This document shows positions 40,415 through 51,620 of a DNA stretch of 64,000 nt, one piece after another. Position 1 is the first letter of the stretch. The number at the start of each line of letters is the position of its first letter. The notes below the pieces were generated by a model. That model did no database searches. It saw only the letters and a list, made by a program, of their open reading frames with translations, and was not told where the DNA came from. The stretch comes from Stegostoma tigrinum (lineage: Eukaryota), in assembly GCF_030684315.1 (NCBI RefSeq), contig NC_081358.1:121433031-121497030 (forward strand), read 5' to 3'. Position numbers and translations under genes: made by a program.

Positions 40415-40613
40415 AGATATAATGGGAACTGCAGATGCTCGAGAATCCGAGATAACAAAGTGTGGAGCTGGATGAACACAGCAGGCCAAGCAGCATATTA
40501 GGAGCACAAAAGCTGACGTTTCAGGACGAGACCCTTCATCAGAAACGTCAGCTTTTGTGCTCCCAAGATGCTGCTTGGCCTGCTGTGTTCATCCAGCTCC
40601 ACACTTCGTTATC
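40415..40613. mobile_element. PLE family-1 fold-back element with TSD, inserted in an older LINE tail
   Basis: ~75-bp near-perfect inverted arms turning at the HHR (…cccttcatcag|aaacgtcagc…); TSD g(c/t)ggtccttggcatg at 40400-40414 and 40614-40628. Confidence 0.88.
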
Positions 40614-42384
40614 GTGGTCCTTGGCATGTTGGGTACACAGGCTGTGCTGTTAGGGACGGATGTCCAGGCTTTTGACTAGCAACAGTGCATGGACAATGTT
40701 GTTGTAAATGAAGGTGATGTGTGACTTCAAGAGGAACTTGTTTGTGATGATAGTGCACATACTTGCTGTTGTAGTCTTTCAAGTAGTTGAGGTTTCGGGG
40801 TTTAAAAAGTACAGTCCAAGGAGCCTTGGTTTATTTTCCTCCATTGTATTTCCCCATGTTAAATAGTAATTTTTAATCCTGAAGGGAGCTGTGAACTATT
40901 TCACTCTATTGCTACACAAAGCTTCACAGCCACTCTTGCCATGTAATGTTTTACATTCCAAAGTGTCAGTCAAGTTCTTTCAAAAGTTCTGCGGAAGATG
41001 GTTTGCAAACCACAGACAGCATACTACTCACTTGAAACCACAGAAATAATTTCAAAAATGGTTCTTCCGCCAGATAACTGGAAACACAAAAGTTATAATT
41101 AACATTTCCCCCTCAGAAAAATATGATTTGATTTAATCAAGAATGAAAATATTCATAAATCAAGAAGTGAAAAGAATATATTAAAATGGATGGTCAGTGC
41201 GGATTTCAAAGTGGAAATTCCTGCTTGGCGAACATAACTGCATTCTCTGGGAGAAGGCCAGGAGATGGTCTACTGTAGATGGATTTTGTCTAGAATTCCT
41301 AAAGGCTTCCGATAAACTGAGAAGTAATTGTTGAATGAGTAAAGTTACAGCATTCAGGGGTGAAGGAGGGAAAGGGTTATAAGACAGGGGTCATTTTTGA
41401 ACCACAGGAAGATCCTGGAATGGAGAAAAACTTGAGCACAGAAAAGAATGCCCTAGAAATGTTTCACTTGGTCATCATCAAATTTATCAATTAATGCTAA
41501 AACAGCTGTGTTCTCCATAATGTTCAATACTGCATCCGTTAGCACGAGTCGTAAGGAACTGTTAGCAACACAAGTCAGCAACTTAAAAAAGATTGGCAAA
41601 AAATTAGGATGAAAAGCCTCATGTCTCTCATGTCTTCAAAATGTCTATGGAAGCTGGATTACTTATGCACAAGAACTGTACCTGTAACTTTCTACAGAAA
41701 ATTAACTCACGAATTAAACATTTTCAAATAAAAATGCAAACATATTTTGAACACTTATTTGTCTCTGCTTATCCTCTCTCATTTCAGGGGCACTTTTCAA
41801 ATGTTTCTTTCATGTGTCTTTTCCTTTCTAATCTCGTTCAGTCTCTCAGAAGATTCTTTTCTACAACCTAATTTTCTATTTGATTCACAATATAGTACTA
41901 TAGAGTGGATCATGTTACACAGAAGCATGGTTTCCTTGATGGTTACATCAGCTTAGAAATCAATCAAAGTTCTGGATGTTAGCCAAAGCACCCATTCATT
42001 TTTACCCTTTTGGATTTGTTGGTGATGCAATATTTGGCAACCAAGAACACAGGATGATTGTGTTACATGGTAGCAACACAGGAATCCGGTTAGGAGCAGT
42101 ACGTAGCAAGTCGATAGCACCATGAGTCAGAACAGGAGGAATACATACCAGATGGGGATCACGGAAATGGGTGAGAAGAAACAAAAATCCAACAGCAGTT
42201 CTACAGGAAACCATGAGTTATTCGGCTGTTGAATGTTACTTCAGCCTCAACAAAAATATTACTTCCAAATCTGAGCATCATAGTTAGAAATGACGAAATT
42301 AGAGAGTGTGCAAGAAAGATTCAATAGTTCCAGGAATGAGTAACTTCCATTACATGAAAGACTAGAGTAGTTGGGAAAGTGAAG

Positions 42385-42715
42385 GTTTAATATTATTATT
42401 TGTGGACAACTAATCAAAGACCTAGGCCAATGTGCTGGGGATCTTGGTTCAAATCAAACCACGGCAAACAGTGGAATTTAAATTCAATAAACTGTCTGGT
42501 GTTAACGGTCTAACAATGACGATGAAACCGTTGCCAATTGTTGAAAAACCCATCTGCTTCATTAATGCCTTTAGGAAAGGAAACTAACATCCTTACCTGG
42601 TCTGGCTCCATGTGACTGCCTGCTCACAGTGGTTGACTCTTATCTGCCCTCTGGGCAATTAGAAACGGGCAATAAATGCTGGGCTGCCAGTGACACGCAT
42701 ATCCCATGAATGAGT
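42385..42715 (+). mobile_element. tRNA-derived SINE
   Basis: B-box-like ggttcaaatc; body and tail shared with 45145 and 52985. Confidence 0.7.
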
Positions 42716-42729
42716 TTTTAAAAATAGTT

Positions 42730-43140
42730 GTGGCTGTGTTTCTTGGAGGAGAGAATTTGTTGAAGAGATTTGATATAGTTATTCAAAATCATGAAGGATC
42801 TAGACAGAGTAGCAGTGAAAACAATTGTTCGCATTGATGGAGAGATCAAGAACCAAAGGGCGCATACTTTTGCTAATTGGTGCAAGAAAAATGAGCAGCA
42901 TGACAAAAAAATTTTCATGCAACAAATGGCTGTAATCTGGCTTACTCCAGGAGTATGATGGAGGCAGGGTCAATTGAAGCTGTCAAGAAGGGGAAACGGA
43001 AAAATGTACAGTCCTGTGGAGGTGATTCAGGGGACTGACACCAGTTGAACTGCTCCTTCAAAAGACAGTGCATACAAGACTGTCCATGAATGTTTTTTCT
43101 CTCTCTCTCTCTCTCTGTTATAGCTATTCTCTGATTCTGT
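42730..43140 (+). mobile_element. Old CR1 3' fragment
   Basis: gagatttgatatag..ttcaaaatcatgaagg...agaaccaaagggc. Confidence 0.6.
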
Positions 43141-45144
43141 GAATTGAACATATTAACCATTTGGAGATGAACCATGAATATTTATCACTCACTTTCTTTT
43201 CCCATTATTTGTAAGTTAAAACTCTATTGTATTTCAGTGTAAAAGTATTCAATCAATGACACATTACTAGAAATAAGGGATGCTACATCTAAGGAGCATC
43301 TTAAAAATTACTTTTTCCAAAACACAATTAAGATACAAATGCATTACTACAAAGAATTTACAAAACACTGTGAGAAAAAAAGCAACTCAACTTCAAATGT
43401 ATTCTTTTCAGAAGTCACAAAAAGCCCATCAGCAGCCTTCAAATTTCAACACACATGCAAAAGCCTGATAGTATTTGTGCTCCATCCCAAGTGTAGATCA
43501 AACAAAATTCTAGCAACTATATCTAACACTCTACCTTGCATTATTTATCTTTAAACATAAAAAAATTTGGAGCAAGAGGACATCATAGCAAACTGGTTCA
43601 ATAACTGAACAAGGTCAAAGTAGACCCTCAACCTCAACACCATAACAGAAAAACAGAATCAATGCAGTGCAGAAGGAAATCATTCAGCCCATTATACCCA
43701 CCCAATCGCTAAATCCATCAATTCCAAAAATCTATCAATCTCAGGTTTGAATTACTTGAAGTGTCAGCATCCAGTCCTCTGGGGTAGAGAATTCAAATAG
43801 ATTCAAACATTTTGTCCAACCCTACTCTTCAGACTATTCTCCCAAGATTCCAATTTTCTAGCTAACATTCCCTGTAAGCTAGGCATGCACACAGCTGCTG
43901 CAATAATCTGCACACGACGATCAGTATGTCATCGCAGCCCACAGCACTGACTTCTGGTTTCAGAAATCATTGGCACCAGAAAAAAAAGGAGGGAACAATG
44001 TTTCCATGTAGATTACAATTTCTTAGCATCTACCTGTCAAATCTTCTCAGAATGTTGACCTTTTAACCTCCAACTGAATGGTGTCTTTTGCAATATTCGA
44101 TCAATGTGGTAAGCACCTAGTTTTATAATGATCAATATATTCTGAGTTGGCTAGAATGTTTTGCAGTACTTTGTTCTGTCCGGCTAATAAAAAAATACAT
44201 AATGACAGTATACATTCAATAATGTAAACCATACCTTTGTCATTTCCGCGAGTACACATTCTTACAACATGAACAGTTCACACATTTCTACATTAAGACT
44301 TACATTTACAGCTTAAAAGGAGAAACAGATAATGAAAAGAAAGACTATTGGCAAAAGGGTTGGAAAGCAAATGCAGCATAAGATACAGATGAAAGATGGG
44401 GCAATAAGAAAGAAGGAATGGAAAGATAAAATAATGAATTAAGTAAAAAGGGAAAATGATATTTACACACACAATATATACATTATACATTGAAGCTGTG
44501 CAGTGGCTAACTAAGACAGTGCAAGATGACTCAGTTAGAAAACAAGATGAATGGCACATGTTTGTAACGATGTTGCCTGTGTTGGGAATGGAGCATAACA
44601 TCAAAATACATTATGGAATAATTCAAATAATATTCATTGAATTTCATTCTTTTAGTATACTCTGTGGCACTTGCAAAGTTACACCGTAACATATGGCAGG
44701 AGTACTGGCTGGTTTAGGTCACCCTTCCAAACATTGCACAAGATGTCCTAACATGTTTCTAGAGTTAATGGCCCTGCATCCTATTACTGACAGAAATTCA
44801 TTCTACCTCACAGTTTTCTGTTCTAGAATTCCCACTGGCAATTAAACACACACCCACACTTTTTTAAAAAATGCATCACTGAATGTTCTTGGCTCCTTCT
44901 GATAGCTTCAACTTCAAATTGTGCAAGTCAAAATCCATAGTCACATATCCAATAGATAACTCTATCTCAATTTAGTTTCTCACTGACTAAAAAATTTATC
45001 ATCTCAATTGATCCTTCTGCTTCTCTTGTTACAGTATTTGAAATTGATCATATTTCTTCATCATTCATTCCTGAAAATGCAGCAAATAAATTTGCAAACC
45101 CCTTGACATCATTCTTGAACAACTCTATATCTTCTCTGCAAGGG

Positions 45145-45475
45145 GAGGCAATGGCCTAGTGGTATCATTGCTGGGCTGTTAATCCAGAGACCCAGCCAAC
45201 GTTCTGATCACCCAGGTTCAAATCCTGCATGGCAGATGGTGGAATTTGAGCTCAATAAAATTAAGAATCTAACAATGACATTGAATACACTGTTGACTGT
45301 CAGGAAAAACCCATCTGGTTACTAATGTTCTTTAAGGAAGGAAACAGCCATCGGTCAACATGTCATTGTTCGACATGTGACTCCAGACCCACAGAAATGT
45401 GGTTGGCTTTTAACTGCCCTCTGGGCAATAAATGCCGCCGAGCCAGCAACACCCTCATCCCAAAAACAAATAAAG
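45145..45475 (+). mobile_element. tRNA-derived SINE
   Basis: A-box TGGCCTAGTGG and B-box GGTTCAAATCC; LINE-like 3' tail. Confidence 0.8.
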
Positions 45476-45649
45476 GAACTTGCCAGAGGTACCAGCTCTC
45501 AGGGAAGATGTTGAAACTAGGTCTTGGCTGCTTACCCCAGATTAAAAGATCACATCGAAGAATAGGAGCATTGCCGCCACTCTCTTAAGTGCAAAACTAG
45601 GAATTTACAGCATTCCATAGAAACATCAGTGGAGAATAGGCAGTATTAA

Positions 45650-45960
45650 GGGGTGGCAAGGCTGCAGAAGGATTTTAATGGGTTAGAAGAGTGGGCAAAG
45701 AAATAGCAGATGGAATACAACGTGGGAAAGTGTAAGGTCATGCACTTTGGTAAGAAGAATAAAAACATAGGCTATTTCTAAACGGGGATAAAATTCAGAA
45801 GTTTCAAGTGCAAAAAGACTTGGGAGTGCTGGTCCAGGATTCTCTCAAGGTAAACTTGCAGGTTGAGTCAGTAACCAGGAAGGCAAATGCAATTTTGGCA
45901 TTTATTTTGAGAGGACTTGAATATAAAAGCAGTGATGTACTCCTGAGGACTAATAAGGCT
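45650..45960 (+). mobile_element. CR1 RT fragment
   Basis: ORF 45808..46056 (QKDLGVLVQDSLKVNLQV...KANAILAFILRGLEYKS). Confidence 0.85.
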
Positions 45961-46204
45961 CTTGGAGCTCAACTGTTTACTCTTGTTCTTAGAAATATAT
46001 TTAATATTGAATTAGATGGAAAATTATCAATGTATATGTGTTACATCACGGGGTGATGCTAATGAATTATTAGTTCACAATTGTCTTCTTATCTTCACAA
46101 CAGGAACTAAAGCTTTCAGAAAAATGGAATGGAGAATAAAACAAAGTTCACAATCTATCGTTGAACAAAAAGAATATAGTGCTGAGATGACACACTGCAA
46201 TTAA

Positions 46205-46323
46205 GCTAAAGCGGAGTAGAACAACATCATTTCATTAGAGGCCTCACTGATGATGTTACCTAGCATGGCGACAAAACGTCTGAATGAAAACAAGCCAGTT
46301 TGACAAGCAAGTCAACAACCTCA
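46205..46323 (+). mobile_element. Probable PLE terminus of a third family with HHR relic (46244-46283)
   Basis: tca-CTGATGA-t-GTTACC-tagcat-GGCGAC-AAAA-CG-TC-tga: stem I, stem II and core present; first G of GAAA lost, consistent with CpG decay. Confidence 0.6.
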
Positions 46324-47274
46324 AATAGTACTTAAATATCTGAGGGTTTCTATCTCTCCCTTACTGTTTGGAAGTTACTAGCTTACCCCCAACAAAGATC
46401 TATACATATAGTTTCATTGACAAACATTCCAAGATATCACCACTTACTACAATGTAATAACTCCTTGATCAATATTAGAACACCACCTTCTCTTTTACAC
46501 GCTATCTTGCCTAAAGATTCTATATTCTGGAATATCGAGCTGACAGCCCTACTCCTCCCTCAATCGTGACTTCAATATAGCAACAATTTCATACGTTAAT
46601 GTGTTAGTCAATACCCTCAACTCTTCTGCCTCACTCACAAGACTCCTTGTCTTACAATAATTGCTATCCAGACTTGCCATATTCCCTTGTGCCTTAACTC
46701 AACTATAATATGCAGTACCTTCAGGACTGGCTTGGTTCTTTTTCTAAACTTGTGCATCACTCCCTACTATACCTCCATTCTTTATCACACCAACCAGCTA
46801 AATTAGTTTAAAGGTCCACCAACCACACTAACAAAGCTTGGTGATAAAATCCTCGCAAACTTTTGGTTATCTTCACTGGCGAAGAGAATCATGTCTTCAA
46901 ACTCAACAGCAGAGCAAATATATTTGTCTGGACACACAACGAAAAGTATACATAATGATGATGATGCAATTGTGTGGTTCTTATATAAAAGGGCTCAGTG
47001 TTTCTGTTCCCACCTCTGAATAGGACACTCAGCTTCAAGTCCTGCTTGCTCTAGAGGTGTACAATAACAACTCTGAACAAACTGATTTTAAAAAATATTT
47101 AATTCAACAATTGATTTTTTGATCTGCAAAACAAAAAAATGTTGCTCTTTATCTCAAACCATTCTACTTAATATTTATACTATATCATACCTGCGCCCGA
47201 CATCGAACACAACAATTGTGTCAGTAACACACTGCCAGAGGAAGTAGTAGAGGTGGGTACAATTACAATATTTA

Positions 47275-47596
47275 TCCATAAATCCCTATGGTGTGAAAAC
47301 AGGCCCTTCAGCCCAACAAGACCACAGTGACCCTCGGAGTATCCCACCCAGACCCATCCCCCTACAACACCCCAAATCTACATACTGCTGAACACAACAG
47401 GCAATTTAGCATGGCCAATCCACCAAGTCTGCACATCTTTGGACTGTGGGAGGAAACCAGGGCACCCGGAGGAAACCCATGCAGACACGGGGAGAATTTT
47501 CAAAGTGCACACAGACAGTCGCCTGGGGGTGGAATCAAACTGGGGTCCCTGGCGCTGTGAAGCAGTGGTTGCTAACCAGTGAGCCAACGTGCCGCC
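47275..47596 (-). mobile_element. HE1/V-SINE-like tRNA-derived SINE nested in a CR1 3' fragment (47221-47740)
   Basis: Minus strand GGCGGCACGTTGGCTCACTGGTTAGC...GTTTGATTCC; V-domain-like TGGGTTTCCTCCGGGTGCCCTGGTTTCCTCCCACAGTCCAAAGA. Confidence 0.85.
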
Positions 47597-47859
47597 ATTT
47601 GGACAGGCACATGGACAGGAAAGGTTTAAAAGGAAAGGGGCCAAATGCAGGCAAATGGGACTAGTTCCATTTAGGAAACTGGTCAGCATAGATGAGTTGG
47701 GCTGAAGGACCTACTTCCGTGCTGTATGACCCAATGACTCTACGAACAAGTCAAATGTCTTATGTCTTTTGAATGTCTTATTTTAATGTGGGTCTCATTA
47801 ACAATTCAGACAGGCTTGTCAAAAATAAATAAAATCAGTGTGAACAAGTGTGCACTTAC

Positions 47860-48039
47860 CAGAGTTATGATAGCTGTCCATTTGCTGAGGAATCTGGATG
47901 GTGAAAGTTATCAAGTCAGGGGCAAACAGTGATTCAGGCTTCCTGCTTTCATTGAGCCATTTGCTCTTGTGCAACTCTCTTGTGTCCGAAGGCCCTTGGA
48001 TTAGAGGAATCAGTTTTTCCTTCATGCCATCATTCCTTC
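47860..48039 (-). CDS. vps13b: Internal coding exon of VPS13B (Cohen syndrome bridge-like lipid transfer protein), 180 nt, phase 1-1
   Basis: Minus strand ttttcaacaatag|GAAGGAATG...AACTCTG|gtaagt. Encodes (G)RNDGMKEKLIPLIQGPSDTRELHKSKWLNESRKPESLFAPDLITFTIQIPQQMDSYHNS(G), which closely matches my recollection of human VPS13B KEKLIPLLQGPSDTKDLHSTKWLNESRKPESLLAPDLMAFTIQVPQYIDYCHNSG. Lies within ORF 47819..48073. Confidence 0.9.
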
Positions 48040-49049
48040 CTATTGTTGAAAATATTTTTATCATTTTTTTCAATCATATTTGTAATCTCAAATTATATTA
48101 TAACTGACTGTCTGTTGATCTTTACACTAATCAGAATAAAGAAATTATCAGCCCTGTTTATAATCATGGAATCTTGGATTTCAACATATGTTTTGGGAAA
48201 AGCATTTTCAAGGAAATCCACAACAATAAGCCAGATTTATTAGCCAAGAAAAAGTTCCTCCGTGGACTCAGATGATCGCAAAAATTTTTCAACCCACAAC
48301 AAAACATTTGGGACTATAAGCTACTCTGTGGGTGTGTTATGAAGTATCAGGTCATGGGCCTTTTATTTGGAATATCACAAGGGGTATCATCCTTGTAAGG
48401 TATTTGAACATTGATTTTACTTCATGTAAGCTCATCTTCCACGAGCTGACAGAAACAAATTATTCCTCAGAGTAATCATATCATGACAATGTCATAAAAA
48501 CACACAAACTTCAAGGAGAACACAGTGGTTTGCTGTGTGGAATCTTGGTATGTAAGGGACTCTTTTATACAAAGAATAAACATACTGACAGTGAACTGAA
48601 CTTTGTTCTGCATTCTTGTACAGTCTACAGCCCACCACAGACTTGTTCTATAACCATCAGCATGAAAGAGGAACTTGTATTGTTTTTGAAGAAATGTTTG
48701 CAGACGGTAAAGAACTGTCGATGAGCTGCCCATAAAGTAGAAATTATGCTCACTTTACAGTTGTAAAACAGGTATCTGCAAAAAGATGCACCTTTGCACT
48801 TTGCAGTTGTTCTTGGAACTAACAGCTTTTCCCAGCATCAGGCCGCATGATTGGAGAACAATTCATACGGGTGCAGCAGCAAAACAAAAAAGGTAATTGT
48901 AACAGGAATTCATGGTGATTTGAGAGCAATGGCAATGTGTCGAATGCACACAGGATTTTCACTACACCTATGTCTCATCTTCTTACAAAAGGTAAGTGTA
49001 CAGCATGAGGTCAAAGAGTGTGGAGAGGCATAAGCAGAGTTACCCATAT

Positions 49050-49388
49050 AAGCATAAGAAGTAGGAACGTGAGTAAATCACTTTCTCCCTTGAGCCTGCT
49101 CCACCATTCGGCAGGCTCATGGCTGATTAGATATTCATCACGTCCATTTTCCTGTCCTTTCCTACAACCCTCGATTTCCCTATTGATTAAGATTCTACCA
49201 ATCTCAGCCTTAAAATATAAACATGGACCCGGTCCCTACAGCTCACCGTGGGAAGGAGTTCCAAAGACTCAAAACCCTCAGAGAAGAAATTCCTCCTCAT
49301 CTCAGTCTTAAATTTGTGCCGCTTTATTCTGAGAATATGTCCTGTGGTCTTAGACTCTCTCATGAAAAGGAAACATCTTCTCAACATT
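49050..49388 (-). mobile_element. CR1 3' fragment
   Basis: ORF 49187..49387 (ESKTTGHILRI...FKTEMRRNFFS). Confidence 0.8.
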
Positions 49389-49389
49389 T

Positions 49390-49570
49390 AATAAAAATCT
49401 GAAATAACTGCGGATGCTAGACGTCAGAAAACAGAAATTTGTGGAAAAGCTTAGCAGGTCTGAGCATCTGTGGAGAACTCAGTGAGTCACTGGACCTGAA
49501 ACATTAACTCCTGCTTTGTCTCCACAGGTGCTGCCAGACCTGCTGAGATTTTCCAGCAATTTCTGTTTTC
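49390..49570. mobile_element. PLE family-2 fold-back
   Basis: Inverted arms (cagcaggtctg..catctgtggaga / tctccacaggtgctgccagacctgctg); right arm starts in HHR stem II (gtcactggacctgaaacattaac). Confidence 0.7.
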
Positions 49571-49932
49571 ATCACTCAACTTCCGCCATCTACAATCCAA
49601 CCCAACCACCCAAGACATTTTTCCATCCTCACCCTTGTCTGCCTTCCGGAGAGACCATTCTCTCATTGACTCCCTTGTCTGCTCCACACTCGCCTCCAAC
49701 CCCACCACACCCAGCACCTTCCCCTGCAACCGCAGGAAGTGCTACACTTGCCCCAGCACCTCTTCCCTCAGCCCCATCCCAGGCCCCAAGATGACTTTCC
49801 ATATTAAGCAGATGTTCACCTGCACATCTGCCAATGTAGTACACTGTATCCACTGTACTCGGTGTGGCTTCCTCTACATTGGGGAAACCAAGCGGAGGCT
49901 TGGGACCGCTTTGCAGAACACCTCCACTCGGT
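49571..49932 (+). mobile_element. PLE (Neptune-like) linker and GIY-YIG fragment
   Basis: ORF 49635..50084: CNRRKCYTC...FTCTSANVVHCIHCTRCGFLYIGETKRRLG. Confidence 0.85.
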
Positions 49933-49935
49933 ATC

Positions 49936-50886
49936 GGGGCAGGTGTAGCACTTGCTTCGGTTGCAGGAAGTGCCAGGGGTGGTGGGGCTGGAGGGGAGTG
50001 TGGAGCAGACAAGGGAGTCACGCACAGAGTAGTCCCTGCAGAAAGCACATAAGGGTGGGGAGGGAAAAAAAATGTCTTTGGTAGTGGCGTCAGATTGCAG
50101 ATGGCAGAAATATTGGAGGATGATGCGTTGGATTTGGAGGTCGGTGGGGTGGTACATGAGGACAAGGGGGATTTTGTTTTGGTTATTATTGCAGATCAGG
50201 GATGTGAAGGATGAGTTGCAGGAAATGTGGGAGGCATGGTCGAGGGCATTTTCGATTACTGTGGTGGGGAAGTTGCGGTTCTTGAAAAAAGAGGGCATCT
50301 GGGATGTTCAGGAGTTGAATGCCTCATCTTGGGAGCAGACGCGGTGGAGGCGAAGTAATTGGGAATAGGAGATGGCCTTTTTACAGGAAGGTGGGTAAGA
50401 GGAGGAATATTCTCGGTAGCTGTGGGAGTTGCTAGGCTTAAATGGATATCGGTTTCCAGGGGATGCCTGAGATGGAGACTTAGAGGTCCAGGAAGGTGAG
50501 GGATGTGTTGGATATGGTCCAGGTGAACTTGAGGTTGGGGTGGAAGGTGTTAATGAAGTGGATGAACTGTTCGAGCTCCTCATGGGAACACGAGGCAGCA
50601 CCAAAACAGTCATCAATGTTACAGAGGAAGACCCTGGGATAGGGCCAGTGTAGCTTTGGAAGCGGGATTGTTCCACGTAACCTACAAAGAGGCAGGCATA
50701 GCTTGGGCCCATGCAGGTATCCATGGCCACCTCCTTTGTCTGTAGAAAGCGGGAGGAATTAAAGGAGAAGATGTTGAGGGTGAGCACAAGTTTGGATAAG
50801 CGGATGAGGGTGTCAGTGGAGGGGGGCTGGTCGGGACTGCGGGACAGGAAGAAGCGGAGCGTCTTTAGGCCATCTGCATGGGGAAT
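49936..50886 (-). mobile_element. PLE reverse transcriptase and thumb/linker fragment, decayed
   Basis: ORFs 50308..50787 (FLQTKEVAMDTCMGPSYACLFVGYVEQ) and 49816..50298; degenerate YIDD (NIDD) near 50610-50625. Confidence 0.85.
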
Positions 50887-50924
50887 GACCTTTAGTTACC
50901 CCTATTTTGCTTCACTCACTTCTG

Positions 50925-51045
50925 GAATAGTCATGCAGACAGGGGGAGAACACAGAACCCCCACAGCATCACCCGAACTAGAAGTGAACCCTGGTACTGG
51001 TGCTGTGAGGCAGCAGTGTTCACCACTGTGCCATCGTGCTGCCCA
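50925..51045 (-). mobile_element. 5' part of an HE1-like SINE
   Basis: GGGCAGCACGATGGCACAGTGG...GGTTCACTTC, similar to the head at 47596. Confidence 0.65.
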
Positions 51046-51416
51046 AAGACTGGCAGATGATATCAATATTGCACAGATGTTTGGTTGTTTAAAACTAACA
51101 AGATACTGACTTTAGCCAACCAGCTCATGCCAACATATTAAATGTGACTCACTAGTTGACATTTGCTAAACAGTCCTGATTGTGCAAAAAGGTACGTCGA
51201 CCAACAACCAATTTTGAATGGTTATTCAGGTTCTCAGTGAGACATATTTGTGTGTACAGAAGCTACACATATTAATACACAGTGTCCTGTTCTTTGCTGA
51301 CAGAAAGTACATGTATTTTTTATTCATTCACGGCATCATTGACTGCTACCTTTTCCACTGCTTTCCTTCTACTGGTTTAGACTCTTTCCCTATCACTCTG
51401 TATTCTCCTTTTGTGC

Positions 51417-51620
51417 TAAATAAGAACAGAAAGAACTACGGATACTATAAATCAGAAACAAAAACAGAAGTTACTGCAAAAGCTCTGCAGGCTTGGCAGC
51501 TCTTGTGAAGAGAAATCAGAGTTGATGAGGAAGGATCACTGGGCTTGAAAAGTTAACTCTGACTTCTCGTCACAGATGCTGACAGAGCTGCTGACCTTTT
51601 ACAGTAACTTCTGCTTTTGT
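51417..51620. mobile_element. PLE family-2 fold-back with 14-bp TSD (one mismatch)
   Basis: TSD ttctccttttgtgc (51403-51416) and ttcttcttttgtgc (51621-51634); arms turn at 51523. Confidence 0.75.
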
